From an uncultured Gammaproteobacteria bacterium (GTDB lineage: Bacteria > Patescibacteriota > Microgenomatia > JAMCZE01): a stretch of 64,000 nt of DNA. Positions 45,409-55,766 of the stretch are shown in pieces. Positions within the stretch are counted from its first letter, which is position 1. The number at the start of each line of letters is the position of its first letter. The notes under the pieces are model-generated. The model was not told the origin of the DNA. It did no database searches and saw nothing but the letters and a program-made list of their open reading frames with translations. A program made the position numbers and the translations under genes. The stretch is taken from assembly GCA_964576435.1 (NCBI GenBank), contig CAZNUP010000002.1, positions 107,302 to 171,301 of the forward strand. The letters run 5' to 3'.

Positions 45409-46095
45409 TCAATTTACCCCTGGCCATCCGAAAATTGCAAGAGCTAAAAGCATGTAAATTATTGGCAGTGCAAATCCGGCTGTTAACTCTTTTGGGGTGT
45501 GTAGTTTCAGGTGCCACCTTGCCCAACCAATAGGAATTAAAAGTAGGAACAGCCAGAGGAAAGTTAAACCAAAAAGTAAATTTATATAGGCAAACGTAAT
45601 CGTAGCAACCGCCATGTGGCCACTAATTTTAAAATCAAATATAACCCAGATTGCTGACATTGTAAGTAAGATTGCAGACAGAAGTAGACCAAGGTGAAAA
45701 ATTGTCCAGTTTGTCAGAAAATATGTTAAGACGTTTAAAATAATTAGGGCAACAATGGTAAGGGGTAAAAGATACTTTTTCCTGTCATCAATATTTTTCC
45801 ATTCGATATCTGGAACGCGTTTTGTGGCATGAAGGAAAAGTGTAATTAAAAGAGGAATCAAAATTGTGGTAAAAAAAATAATCGGATAAACAACTAATGC
45901 CTTCCAAAAGCCAATCCCAGATGTTAGTGCAGTTAGAAGCCAGATAATTATTCCCATTGGGAGGGGGCCGAAAATTCGGGAAATTAGAAACGCTAATTTG
46001 TCTTCATTAGTTTTCAGTTCAATCTCTGCCTTGGTGTCCCTAAAAGCTAATAGTTTTTTTATGGAAGTAAATTTATTGGTTGGGTGAGAGCCCAT
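45409..46095 (-). CDS. Hypothetical polytopic membrane protein
   Basis: ORF track. 6-7 TM helices. The start overlaps the end of the UbiA-like gene. Confidence 0.4.
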   Translation of the reverse strand: MGSHPTNKFTSIKKLLAFRDTKAEIELKTNEDKLAFLISRIFGPLPMGIIIWLLTALTSGIGFWKALVVYPIIFFTTILIPLLITLFLHATKRVPDIEWKNIDDRKKYLLPLTIVALIILNVLTYFLTNWTIFHLGLLLSAILLTMSAIWVIFDFKISGHMAVATITFAYINLLFGLTFLWLFLLLIPIGWARWHLKLHTPKELTAGFALPIIYMLLALAIFGWPGVN

Positions 46096-46940
46096 ATCTG
46101 AAAAATCATTATGGCAATTAACATCATTGCTCCAATTGGAAATGAACGTTTGCCGATGCTATGTAATCGTTTTAAATCTGGTTGATAAATAGCAGCTCTT
46201 GCGTAACCAATAACAAGAAGTTGATATGCAAGAATAATAATTGTTGGATAAAGCCACCAGCTTTCGTGTCTATAGACCATGTAGGCAAAAGCAAGAAGCC
46301 CTAGGATCGCAACTTTATCAAGAATTCTTAGAAAATTGTGATAACCAAGGACTGTGGCCCAAGTGTTAAGCCCTGCCTTTTTATCAGCTTCAGCATCAGC
46401 TAATTCGTGGATTCCTTGGAAACAAAAGCCAAGACAAGCAAGAACAATAAAACCGCTTGTGAGCATGACGTCGTAAGGTAAATTGTTTAAATTAAACCCA
46501 AGAGAATAGGGGACAAAACCGGCAGCAATTAGATTTGCTACCATGTCCCACGGGAAACGTCCCTTGAATCTGACTGGTGGAATTGAATAGAGGAAGCCAA
46601 AAATAAGAAGCAGAATTAGAGCGACAAAAAGCTCGTAATAGATAAAGATTAAACCACCCATTATTCCAAAAAATGTGGCAATTCCTAAAATTGGTAGCTT
46701 GTATTTTTTGAAATCTAAAGGTGCTTTGTTTCGGTCATTTTCAGAATCTGTGTCGAAAGAATCTATATATTCATTTACCATAAAGGCGCTAATTCCAAGA
46801 AAAACGAGGCCAAGTCCTACATAAAAAATCGTTTGGTAGTCTCTAAAATTAGAAGCGAGGATACCAAAGAGATATGGGACAATATAGATCACCTGTTCGG
46901 GAATTCTCATTATTCCTATGAAACCTTTTAATGTTTTCAT
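46059..46940 (-). CDS. UbiA-family prenyltransferase
   Basis: NEYIDSFDTD (NxxxDxxxD-like) and HELADAEADKKAG second Asp-rich motif; multi-TM. Confidence 0.6.
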   Translation of the reverse strand: MKTLKGFIGIMRIPEQVIYIVPYLFGILASNFRDYQTIFYVGLGLVFLGISAFMVNEYIDSFDTDSENDRNKAPLDFKKYKLPILGIATFFGIMGGLIFIYYELFVALILLLIFGFLYSIPPVRFKGRFPWDMVANLIAAGFVPYSLGFNLNNLPYDVMLTSGFIVLACLGFCFQGIHELADAEADKKAGLNTWATVLGYHNFLRILDKVAILGLLAFAYMVYRHESWWLYPTIIILAYQLLVIGYARAAIYQPDLKRLHSIGKRSFPIGAMMLIAIMIFQIWALTQPINLLP

Positions 46941-48013
46941 TAGACGTCTCTATTTACCATGTACTCTGCAATTCCTTGAATATAGTCGATTGAATCGACA
47001 TTTAGTCCTCTAATGTCTCGAAGCTTTGAAGCTGTCATTGCAGCATTTTTGGCAAGGCTAACTGCAGTTTTTTTAGAATAGTCGTAGGAGCCTGAATCTT
47101 TAATCGCTTGTTTAGCGTCGTCCAGTTCTTCTTTTGTGGCATTTAAGTTTCCCCACACCTTTTTTAATGATTCTTTTTGTTTTTGTGTGCCGTTTTCTAA
47201 CAGATATAAAATTAAGAGAGTGCATTTGCCCTGCTTTATGTCAGAGTCGGCTGATTTTCCAGTTTTTTCCGGAGTCCCAAAGATGCCTAATATATCATCT
47301 TGAAGTTGGAAGGCAACTCCACCATCCATGGAGTAGCTGTCTAGAATATCGTAAACTTTTTTATCTTCAATTCCAGCTAAATAGGCGCCGACGAAGAGTG
47401 GATTTTTATATGTGTAGATGGCGGTTTTTGCTTTATGAAGAGTCATGACATCGTCTTCGGTCCACTTGGTAAAAAATTCAAGGGTGACATCATAGGATTG
47501 ACCAAAGGCAGTATGGGATATGCCCCTAAGCATCTGTTCGGACGCTTTGATGCTCCCTGTTTTAATAAGGAGTTCTAATCCTAAGAAAATAGCAAGGTCA
47601 CCCGCGTTTATTGCCATAGAGTGGCCAAAGTGTTCACTTTGTTCATACTTTTTTTCAAAAAATTTATGTGTTGTTGGAGCACCTCTTCTGGTTTCGTCTC
47701 TATCCATAAAGTCGTCGTGAATTAATAACCCAGTATGGACTAGTTCCACACCAAGAGCTGCATTCCATACTTTCTCAGTTACTTTTTCTCCGGTTAACAT
47801 ATAGGCATAGTTAACAAATGAACCACGAAGCCTCTTTGACGGTCTTAGGTTGTGTTCTTTGGTATGTTCTAATATGACCTTCACCATATCTTTTTGGCGT
47901 TGGTTATAACCAAAGTTTTGGTTTATTTCCTGATCCCAATATTTGGAAAGTTTTGGGTCGATTTCTAAAACATAGTCAGTCAGGTTCTTTTTTGCTTTTA
48001 ATCCAAGATCCAT
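46940..48013 (-). CDS. Polyprenyl (e.g. geranylgeranyl) diphosphate synthase
   Basis: LLIHDDFMD (first DDxxD) and FQLQDDILG (second DDxxD). Confidence 0.8.
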   Translation of the reverse strand: MDLGLKAKKNLTDYVLEIDPKLSKYWDQEINQNFGYNQRQKDMVKVILEHTKEHNLRPSKRLRGSFVNYAYMLTGEKVTEKVWNAALGVELVHTGLLIHDDFMDRDETRRGAPTTHKFFEKKYEQSEHFGHSMAINAGDLAIFLGLELLIKTGSIKASEQMLRGISHTAFGQSYDVTLEFFTKWTEDDVMTLHKAKTAIYTYKNPLFVGAYLAGIEDKKVYDILDSYSMDGGVAFQLQDDILGIFGTPEKTGKSADSDIKQGKCTLLILYLLENGTQKQKESLKKVWGNLNATKEELDDAKQAIKDSGSYDYSKKTAVSLAKNAAMTASKLRDIRGLNVDSIDYIQGIAEYMVNRDV

Positions 48014-48021
48014 AAGTTAAA

Positions 48022-48984
48022 TTATAGCCTATTGGTAACATAATCGCAGGAGTTTTTGAGATGAACTTGAGCAGTGCTTAAGACTTTGTTTCTTAAAAGG
48101 TTGATTTTTCCTACAGCTAGAGCTGTGTGTAAATAGGCGAGAATGTGTTCCTTTTTACCAATTGCACCATGTACTTCTAATGTAATTTTGTGGGAATAGT
48201 CTTTCTCGTATAAGAAATTAATGAAGTCAACAATTTTTGGATCGTTTACTTCCATCGCGTCATCTATGAAACCAATTTTATTGGTCGCAAGGTGTACATG
48301 AATTATTTGATCATAAATTGGCTTTATACTTTCCAAAATATCTAGGTCGGCACACATAAGCGATGCAGTGTCAAAACAAATACCAAATTTTTTCCTTGGA
48401 AGCAAGGCGCTCAGTGCCTGTGACATTATTTTGGGATTTATTAGCCAATCATAGGAGCCTTGATATTTTTGATAAAAAACACCCTTTTTTAATGATTTGT
48501 AGATATAAGGAGCATCGTGTTCAATTGCGATTGGGATTTTGTAATGACTTTCAAGTTTTGCAAATTGCTCTAGTTGTTTTTGTAAATTGTGGTGATCAAA
48601 AAACGTTATATGAGAGATAATGACTCTAGCTCCAATTTTTTTGGCAAAAATTAATGATTCTTCGGTCCGTTTAATTAAATCGTTAGAAAGTTCACGTTTT
48701 TTTAAAAGAAAAAAGTTAGCTGGGCCCTTTATTACCTTTGGTAGGGAAGCTGTGGGGATGAAAGTTTGCCAAGGTGAGTGGAGTACATATATTTTATCTG
48801 CCAAAACAGTGGAATTTATATCATTAAAATTTTGACCAAGAATGTAAAAATATTCGAAACCCTTAATTCCTAATTCATTCCTAGTATTTTCATAGATTTT
48901 GAAGTCCTCCAGATTAATTGTAGGAGGGAGAAAGCCAACTGGAAGGAGAGTGCGATCTAGAAACCAGGTTTGTTTTTTGCTCAT
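48022..48984 (-). CDS. TIM-barrel protein (xylose-isomerase-like / AP-endonuclease-2-like fold), uncertain
   Basis: Weak motif resemblance (HSPW..., IAIEHD...). Confidence 0.3.
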   Translation of the reverse strand: MSKKQTWFLDRTLLPVGFLPPTINLEDFKIYENTRNELGIKGFEYFYILGQNFNDINSTVLADKIYVLHSPWQTFIPTASLPKVIKGPANFFLLKKRELSNDLIKRTEESLIFAKKIGARVIISHITFFDHHNLQKQLEQFAKLESHYKIPIAIEHDAPYIYKSLKKGVFYQKYQGSYDWLINPKIMSQALSALLPRKKFGICFDTASLMCADLDILESIKPIYDQIIHVHLATNKIGFIDDAMEVNDPKIVDFINFLYEKDYSHKITLEVHGAIGKKEHILAYLHTALAVGKINLLRNKVLSTAQVHLKNSCDYVTNRL

Positions 48985-49013
48985 GGATTTTTATTATATA
49001 CTGAATTTAGGAC

Positions 49014-49946
49014 ATGATTAACAACTTACAGAAATTTTTCTTCAGGCATAATTATGTGGAAATTGTTGTCGGATTGATTTTTTTTGTTTTAATGACGATA
49101 TGGGCTGTCTTTTTTAACTTCCCGTATTTTTACAGTGTCTTTGTCGTTGGTCTTTTTTTAATTTTTGATGGTTTGGAGCACAGGCTTAAAAAGTTTTCTA
49201 ATTTAGATGGGGTAGTCAGCAAGTTTAATCCAAGAAGAATATTTGTCGTTCTGGTGTTTATTTTGGTTACAGATTTAATCGCCGGACAGATTGTTTTTAA
49301 AGTATGGTATTACCCCTATTACAATAGTATTTTTAATTGGATATTACTTTATCTCGTAATATATCCGATTGGAGGTCTTTCTCTTCTTGTAATGTTTAGG
49401 GTTTTTAAAATAATTATTGATAATCAGATAGAGGATCAAAGATTTTATATCGTCAAAAATCCCATGAGATGGGAAAAGATTTTAATTCATATAACTTTTT
49501 GGACTTTGCCTATTTCCATTGTTGTTCCCTTGCTACTTTTTGCCACTGGCAATTTGGAAATTGTTATGAGATCAAGGATTTTATATTCAATTTTGGCTTT
49601 GTTTCTTTTGTACCAATGGGTATTTTGTTTTGATATAGTAACTTTTGCTTATCATGGCAAAACTTTAATGTATGACTTTCTGAGGGGAGAAAAGAAGACT
49701 ATTATTGCGCTTGTTATTACTGGTCTTGTGGGGGCTTCGTTGCATGAAATTGTAAACACCTTTGCTTACGAATGGAGATATGTTCCCGAGAGATTACCGT
49801 TTAGCAGTGAGGGTATTTTGGGAGTTCCGTTTACAATTTTCTTGGGATGGATTTTTATGACAGCTGTTTGTGTGGCTGCTTATAGAATGTTTAAGGCAGT
49901 TTACAGTCATCACGTAAATAGAGCTCTGGAAAAAGAATATTTTTAA
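49014..49946 (+). CDS. Hypothetical polytopic membrane protein
   Basis: ORF track. Eight or more TM helices. Confidence 0.4.
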   Translation: MINNLQKFFFRHNYVEIVVGLIFFVLMTIWAVFFNFPYFYSVFVVGLFLIFDGLEHRLKKFSNLDGVVSKFNPRRIFVVLVFILVTDLIAGQIVFKVWYYPYYNSIFNWILLYLVIYPIGGLSLLVMFRVFKIIIDNQIEDQRFYIVKNPMRWEKILIHITFWTLPISIVVPLLLFATGNLEIVMRSRILYSILALFLLYQWVFCFDIVTFAYHGKTLMYDFLRGEKKTIIALVITGLVGASLHEIVNTFAYEWRYVPERLPFSSEGILGVPFTIFLGWIFMTAVCVAAYRMFKAVYSHHVNRALEKEYF

Positions 49947-52018
49947 AGAGTTTGTTTGTTTTCTTCAAGCCATTTTTTGGCACGATCGTCATTCCCAATT
50001 TTATTTAGCATGTATTCCATTTCTGCTCTTGCCTTTTCTTTATCTCCCTTTTGGTCATAATAGGTACCGAGTGCAAAATGGGCGTCAGCATAATCAGGTT
50101 TCATTTGAGTGACTCTTTTGAGAACTACGATGCCGCCATTTATGTCACCTGTTTGACCTAGGAGAAGGCCGTAGTTATAGTTAACTTTGGCGTCAGTTGG
50201 AGCAAGTTCGGCTGCTTTTTTAATTGAGTTTAAAGCTTCAAAAAGATATCTTTTGTCGATATTTGCTAGATTGTAAAAGAGTCTCGTCCTTGTTTTCCAG
50301 AACGAGAGAATACTTGGGGAAGAGCTTACTACTTCGTTACTGTTTTTAATTGCCTCATCTGTTAAGAATTTTGCTTCAGCTGAAGTTGAGGACTGCCCAA
50401 AATAGGCGAGAGCTAAGACAGATTCATTGTAGGCAAGTTCGTCACGATAGGTGGGTTCACCTGGACTAGTTTCTACAGCTTCTGCAAGGTATTTATAGCC
50501 TGCTTGGTATTGCTGAACACCGTCTAAATTTTTACCATATGCATAGGATTTATCTGCTTGCCACATGCTCCAAAGTTTTAGGATCCCAATTAGGGCAACT
50601 ACTAAAACTATGCTAATAAAAACCCAAGACCAGAGGGTTAATGGTTTGGTTGGGTGAGTTTTAATTTCTTCTTCTGGTTCTTTCAAAATTAAGGAGAAAG
50701 CTGGAATTAAGAAGAAGAATAGACCAATGATGACTACACTAAAGCCAAAGAAGTTAGTTACTAATATAGTAGTCCAGCCAGCATACAGAGCAATAGTTAA
50801 AACATCTTTTTTAGATTTCAAGAACCACCAGGTGTAGACCCCCAGAATTGATAGGTAGGCGAGTGTGCCGACTAGACCAGTGGTAGCCAAGATATTTAAA
50901 TATTCGTTGTGTGCCTTGTTGTATAAAAAGTCCCATTCTGAGACTAAATTGTGTGCAACTGGGCGATCTTTGTAATAGGAATAGGCAAATGTTTCCACTC
51001 CTGAACCAAAGACTGGATATCTTTGCCAAACTTTTAGGGCACCTTCCCAAACAATGTTTCTAATGTCACCAGATTCAGTAATAGAAATGGTGGGGTCAAC
51101 AGTTTTTGTAACTGGTTGAATTGATTTTTGGGAGGTTATTCTTTCAAGGGACCAATTTTCTGTTTGAGCAAAGGGGAGGCCAAATAGGACAGTTAGAACT
51201 AAAAGTGCTCCTAGGACTATTAGGAGTGGTTTAGTCAGTAATTTTTTAAAGTTTAAGTCTTTACGATTTGTGTAAATATAGAAACCGGCAAAAACACCTA
51301 AACCTAGCATTAAACCTAAAATGCCAGATCTAGATCTGGTAAAAAGAAGGGCGGCAAAAAAGAGCGGGGTAAATATTAAAAAGTATGGTTTTACCTTTTT
51401 GGCTTGTACTATGAGTCCTAATGATATGAGAATTAGCACATCTAGATAGGCTGCCATCCAATTTGGTTGGCCAAGAGTGGCAAAGACACGGGATTTAACA
51501 TCTTGGATCCAGCAATCAACTCCGCCACTGCCTGTTATGAACCAACAGGAAGGGGAACTACCAAAGTGTTCAAGAATTCCCCAGAGTGAAACAATTGTTC
51601 CCGATGCTAGGGAGACGTAGAAAATACGCATGATGTCTTGTTTTTTGAGATTGGAGACAACAGCAAAATAGAGAATTAAGTAGCAAGTTGTTGCTACTAG
51701 TCCTTCATGGAACCTCGAATAGTATCCCCAAATTGATGTTTGGACATCAATACTGAAGATGGTTGAAAGAATATGGGAACCTAGATAGAGAGCCAGTGGA
51801 ATTATTAGGTAAGTTTTTTGGAAGTTAATTTTGTGGTTTACTACAATTTTAATTAGCCAGGCTGCCCCTACAACTAAGGTGAGTGCATAAGTTAACATCA
51901 TCTTGTTGTATTCAAAAAGCTCAAAGGAACCTGAGAAGAAAATTAAAGGAACAAAGAAAAAAAGAAGATAGAAACTCCAACGAATTATGAGATCTGCCCA
52001 CTTAGCCATGTGTTTCAT
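49943..52018 (-). CDS. O-antigen-ligase-like (Wzy_C) membrane protein with C-terminal TPR repeats
   Basis: Polytopic N-terminal part with a TRSRSGILGL loop. C-terminal TPR-like repeats. Confidence 0.5.
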   Translation of the reverse strand: MKHMAKWADLIIRWSFYLLFFFVPLIFFSGSFELFEYNKMMLTYALTLVVGAAWLIKIVVNHKINFQKTYLIIPLALYLGSHILSTIFSIDVQTSIWGYYSRFHEGLVATTCYLILYFAVVSNLKKQDIMRIFYVSLASGTIVSLWGILEHFGSSPSCWFITGSGGVDCWIQDVKSRVFATLGQPNWMAAYLDVLILISLGLIVQAKKVKPYFLIFTPLFFAALLFTRSRSGILGLMLGLGVFAGFYIYTNRKDLNFKKLLTKPLLIVLGALLVLTVLFGLPFAQTENWSLERITSQKSIQPVTKTVDPTISITESGDIRNIVWEGALKVWQRYPVFGSGVETFAYSYYKDRPVAHNLVSEWDFLYNKAHNEYLNILATTGLVGTLAYLSILGVYTWWFLKSKKDVLTIALYAGWTTILVTNFFGFSVVIIGLFFFLIPAFSLILKEPEEEIKTHPTKPLTLWSWVFISIVLVVALIGILKLWSMWQADKSYAYGKNLDGVQQYQAGYKYLAEAVETSPGEPTYRDELAYNESVLALAYFGQSSTSAEAKFLTDEAIKNSNEVVSSSPSILSFWKTRTRLFYNLANIDKRYLFEALNSIKKAAELAPTDAKVNYNYGLLLGQTGDINGGIVVLKRVTQMKPDYADAHFALGTYYDQKGDKEKARAEMEYMLNKIGNDDRAKKWLEENKQTL

Positions 52019-52050
52019 TCTATCAGGCTGATTGCTATACTTGCAAACGT

Positions 52051-53103
52051 ATGTTGGATTACCTTTTTGGCCTAGTCTCTCATGACATGGGAATTGATTT
52101 GGGCACAGCTAATACTCTTGTCTTTATAAAAGGCAAGGGGATTATGATCCGCGAACCTTCGGTTGTTGCGATGAATAAAAAAACTAAGGCAGTTGTTGCT
52201 GTTGGCGGGGAAGCTAAAAAAATGTACGGGAGAGCTCCTTTAAATCTTACAGTAGTTCGTCCGCTTCGTGATGGAGTTATTTCAGATTTTGATGCAACGG
52301 CTGCTATGCTTTCTCACTATGTTAAAGAAGTGCACCAAACACCAGGGATTATTCCTAAAATTCCAAAACCCAAAGTCGTTGTTGGAATTCCATCTGGGGT
52401 CACTGAAGTGGAAAGAAGAGCAGTTGCTGGAGCGGCTCTTGCGGCTGGAGCTCGGAAGGTTTACTTAATTGAAGAACCAATGGCTGCAGCAATTGGAATT
52501 GGGTTACCAATTGATGAATCTCATGGAAGTATTATTGTTGATATTGGCGGGGGCACAACTGAAATTGCAGTGGTGTCTTTGGGAGGGGTAGTTGTAAACA
52601 AATCGGTGCGAGTTGCGGGGGACGAACTGGATGAAGCAATTATTTCTTATGTCCGACTTAAATATAATGTTTTAATTGGTCAGCCAACAGCCGAAGAGGT
52701 CAAACTAACTATTGGGAATGCCCATCCATTTAATAATAATGAAGAAATGTACTCAGTTATTCGTGGACGGGATTTAGAGACAGGACTTCCACGGTCTTTA
52801 AAGATATCTTCGTCAGAAATTCGCGAAGCTTTGATGCCAGTTGTTCAGCAAATCATTGAAGCAATTAAAGACTTAATTGAAGAAACACCACCAGAACTTG
52901 TATCTGATATTTTAAATAGGGGAATTGCTCTTGCTGGAGGAGGCTCACTTCTTAAAAACATGGATAGAGCTGTCTCAGAAGCCACTAAAATGCCTGTGTG
53001 GGTAGCTGATGAACCACTTACTGCTGTTGTTCGGGGAACAGGGAAGGTTCTTTTGGATCCTAAGCTTCTTGATAGAGTTAAAGTGACTGGAGGTTTGAAA
53101 TAG
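52051..53103 (+). CDS. mreB: Rod-shape-determining protein MreB
   Basis: DMGIDLGTANTLVF...actin-fold ATPase...DEPLTAVVRGTG. Confidence 0.9.
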   Translation: MLDYLFGLVSHDMGIDLGTANTLVFIKGKGIMIREPSVVAMNKKTKAVVAVGGEAKKMYGRAPLNLTVVRPLRDGVISDFDATAAMLSHYVKEVHQTPGIIPKIPKPKVVVGIPSGVTEVERRAVAGAALAAGARKVYLIEEPMAAAIGIGLPIDESHGSIIVDIGGGTTEIAVVSLGGVVVNKSVRVAGDELDEAIISYVRLKYNVLIGQPTAEEVKLTIGNAHPFNNNEEMYSVIRGRDLETGLPRSLKISSSEIREALMPVVQQIIEAIKDLIEETPPELVSDILNRGIALAGGGSLLKNMDRAVSEATKMPVWVADEPLTAVVRGTGKVLLDPKLLDRVKVTGGLK

Positions 53104-54577
53104 GGATTAGGTTTGGTATTTCAGAAAAAAGCCTAACTTGAACTCTGGTTGAGATTTTTCCTTGTCTTTCACTAAACGACGTAATTTTTTCTCCTAATTC
53201 TTGCTCTGACAATTCTGGGTTGAAATAATTTATTGCATATCTTGAACTTATGTTTTCAGTCATTTTATTTATGCTTTCAAAATCCACAGAATGGAATTTG
53301 CCGTTTTTTAAGTATAAATGGTTTTTAGTAAACAATTGATTCCACAACCAATAATCAGCACTGCTATAAACACCTCCATAGGTTTTTATATCTTGTGGCT
53401 CGTTGTGAATATTTTTTAGTGATTCCAAGAGCTTTGCCATTACTGCATATGCTTCAGGATTTGGAATGCCCATTTTTCTTAAACATCTTGCGACAACCGA
53501 GACGGCTATAGCATCGGCCGCAATTTCTTCTATCGACTCATTTGTATTGGAAATAACTAGTCCCGTTTCTTCATCAAGTCCAGCCAAAAAATGTTTGATT
53601 TTTTTTGATCTGTCTCCCATCCCTAGATATATTAAATGCGCTGGCTCATGTGCAGCAAATAATAGCCAATTGGCGAGATCTAAGTAATTGGGATTAAGGG
53701 ATTTACCTACGGTAAAAGTGTCCAACCATATCTTAGATTGTTCCTCAAATCTTTTTCTGACTTGATTAATATTTACGATTGCAACCCGATCAGAACTTAT
53801 TCCTTGCGCACGAGAAACTATGCCGTAGCCTGCGGAACTTACTAGCATTTGCAAAATTATTTCTATTATTCTGCCGTTTGTATTGTCAATTGAATTTGAC
53901 TTTTCTCTTAATGTTGATCTAACCAATTCTTTAAGTGGAGCTAATTTTTTTATTTCTGGAGTAATTATTCCAAATAATATTTCTCCTATATCTTCATCTG
54001 TAAATCCAGATTTAACATATGGGTTTACTGTATCTTGGCTTGAAATATGGATCTGAAATGGGCTATCAATTTGTTTTCTTTCAACTTTTTGAAAATGTGA
54101 GAAAGTTTTTTTTCTCTCGTCATGATTTTTGGAACAAATATAAGCTCTTAAAGCATTTGAAATGTGGTGTAAACTAAGGCGGTCTTCTGATTGTTCAACT
54201 TGATTTGCTTGCAATGACTCTTCAATTGCTTCACTAATTAATAAAGACCTGTGTTTAAATTCTACTTGTACACTCTTAGGAGGATGAGTCGGTCCAAAAA
54301 GCATGGCCGATTTTTGGTATAAGACATTTTGATTAATTGCTTGTGTGGTTATTGTTGCGATGTCAAGAAAATTCGTTACGATTCTTGGTGATAGTCCCGA
54401 CTCCGTAATCCATGTTTCCCTTGTAGTTTTTGAGGTCAAATTTTCAATAGCTTGATCACTAGATAATTTGAGAATTTCTAGCCAATGTAACTTATCTCTA
54501 GTTGTGCCAGTTTCTAAATATTGATATATGCCAGCATTGCCAGAGGAAATTTCTTTAAATTCAGATGATGAAATCAT
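53078..54577 (-). CDS. Hypothetical 499-aa protein with an HExxH motif, encoded antisense between mreB and mreC
   Basis: AAHEPAHLIYLGMGD contains HEPAH. No signal peptide seen. Confidence 0.4.
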   Translation of the reverse strand: MISSSEFKEISSGNAGIYQYLETGTTRDKLHWLEILKLSSDQAIENLTSKTTRETWITESGLSPRIVTNFLDIATITTQAINQNVLYQKSAMLFGPTHPPKSVQVEFKHRSLLISEAIEESLQANQVEQSEDRLSLHHISNALRAYICSKNHDERKKTFSHFQKVERKQIDSPFQIHISSQDTVNPYVKSGFTDEDIGEILFGIITPEIKKLAPLKELVRSTLREKSNSIDNTNGRIIEIILQMLVSSAGYGIVSRAQGISSDRVAIVNINQVRKRFEEQSKIWLDTFTVGKSLNPNYLDLANWLLFAAHEPAHLIYLGMGDRSKKIKHFLAGLDEETGLVISNTNESIEEIAADAIAVSVVARCLRKMGIPNPEAYAVMAKLLESLKNIHNEPQDIKTYGGVYSSADYWLWNQLFTKNHLYLKNGKFHSVDFESINKMTENISSRYAINYFNPELSEQELGEKITSFSERQGKISTRVQVRLFSEIPNLIPISNLQSL

Positions 54578-54640
54578 AGAATTTGGATTTTAACATCTCT
54601 TGAATTTGAGTAGTGGAAATGTATACTGTTTCATTACAGT

Positions 54641-55420
54641 ATGGAGAAGGTTGGAATTAGGGTTTTTTTGGTATTCATTTTTTTAAGTCTCCTTTTTATG
54701 TTCTTAGATTCCCGGGGAAGTTTAGTGTTCTTAAGGAATGGTTCTAGTTATATTATTAGTCCTTTTGCGTCATTTTCTTCAAATGGAAGAACAGCTTTTA
54801 ATGAGACATTTTCATTTTTAACATTTTGGAAAAGTGGAGAGTCAAGAATCAGAAATTTGGAACAAATTAATTTGGAACTTCTTGTCAAAGCCGGAAGGAC
54901 TGATGCTCTTGAAAGAGAAAATAAGATACTTAGGCAACAACTGGGTGTGACTAGTTTAGTTGAGCACAAAATGTTGCCTGTTAGAGTTCTTGGGAGAGGG
55001 AGATTTTTGATTGTTGGGGCCGGGTCAAATGAAGGAGTTAAAGTTAATCAAAATGTGGTTTATAAAAATGGACTAGTTGGAAAGGTTAGTAAAGTTACTT
55101 CTAAACTTACTTATGTTTTACTGCCAACAGATCCAGATTCGAAGATTCCAGTTGTGGTTGGTCCTTCTGAAATGGTTCGAGGAATTGTTATTGGTCAATT
55201 TAATTCTTCGATTATATTAGATCAGATTGTTCAAACCGAGCATATCTCGTCAAATGAGTCGATTTTTACATCAGGGGAAAGTGAAGACTATTTGCAAGGA
55301 CTGTTAATTGGAAAAGTCGGAAAAACAATTTCGCAAGAAACTGATCTTTTTAAGAAGACGTCAGTTGTTCCAGTTTTTGATTACAACAAATTAACAACTG
55401 TTTTTATTGTTTTAGATTAA
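54641..55420 (+). CDS. mreC: Rod-shape-determining protein MreC
   Basis: N-terminal TM, coiled coil, then beta-rich LPVRVLGRG...GLVGKVSKVT...PTDPDSKIPVVV. Confidence 0.7.
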   Translation: MEKVGIRVFLVFIFLSLLFMFLDSRGSLVFLRNGSSYIISPFASFSSNGRTAFNETFSFLTFWKSGESRIRNLEQINLELLVKAGRTDALERENKILRQQLGVTSLVEHKMLPVRVLGRGRFLIVGAGSNEGVKVNQNVVYKNGLVGKVSKVTSKLTYVLLPTDPDSKIPVVVGPSEMVRGIVIGQFNSSIILDQIVQTEHISSNESIFTSGESEDYLQGLLIGKVGKTISQETDLFKKTSVVPVFDYNKLTTVFIVLD

Positions 55421-55423
55421 AAT

Positions 55424-55759
55424 ATGCAGAAGTTTTTATTTATCACCCTTTGGACTGTTGGAATAATTCTTCTTACGAGTATTGTGGGATTTGTTTTGTG
55501 GTCACTCATTGCAGTTTCCATTGTATTTTTGAAAGCTAAGAGTTTTTGGAGAGTATATGGGGCAGCGTTTGGGTTTGGGATTGTTAGTGATTTAGTGCTT
55601 GGATTTCCTTTGGGGTTTTCATCGCTTTTCCTGTTAGTCTTTTCGCTATGTCTTTTTGCATTGTCAGTCAGATTTAGAGCTGATCTTAGGATAGTTATTT
55701 TAACTGCACTGGCTTTTGAGGTGATGTATTTCTTGAGTTATTATCTTTTACCAATCTAG
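55424..55759 (+). CDS. mreD: MreD-like small membrane protein
   Basis: Position after mreC and before PBP2. 3-4 TM helices. Confidence 0.4.
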   Translation: MQKFLFITLWTVGIILLTSIVGFVLWSLIAVSIVFLKAKSFWRVYGAAFGFGIVSDLVLGFPLGFSSLFLLVFSLCLFALSVRFRADLRIVILTALAFEVMYFLSYYLLPI

Positions 55760-55766
55760 TCTGAAT

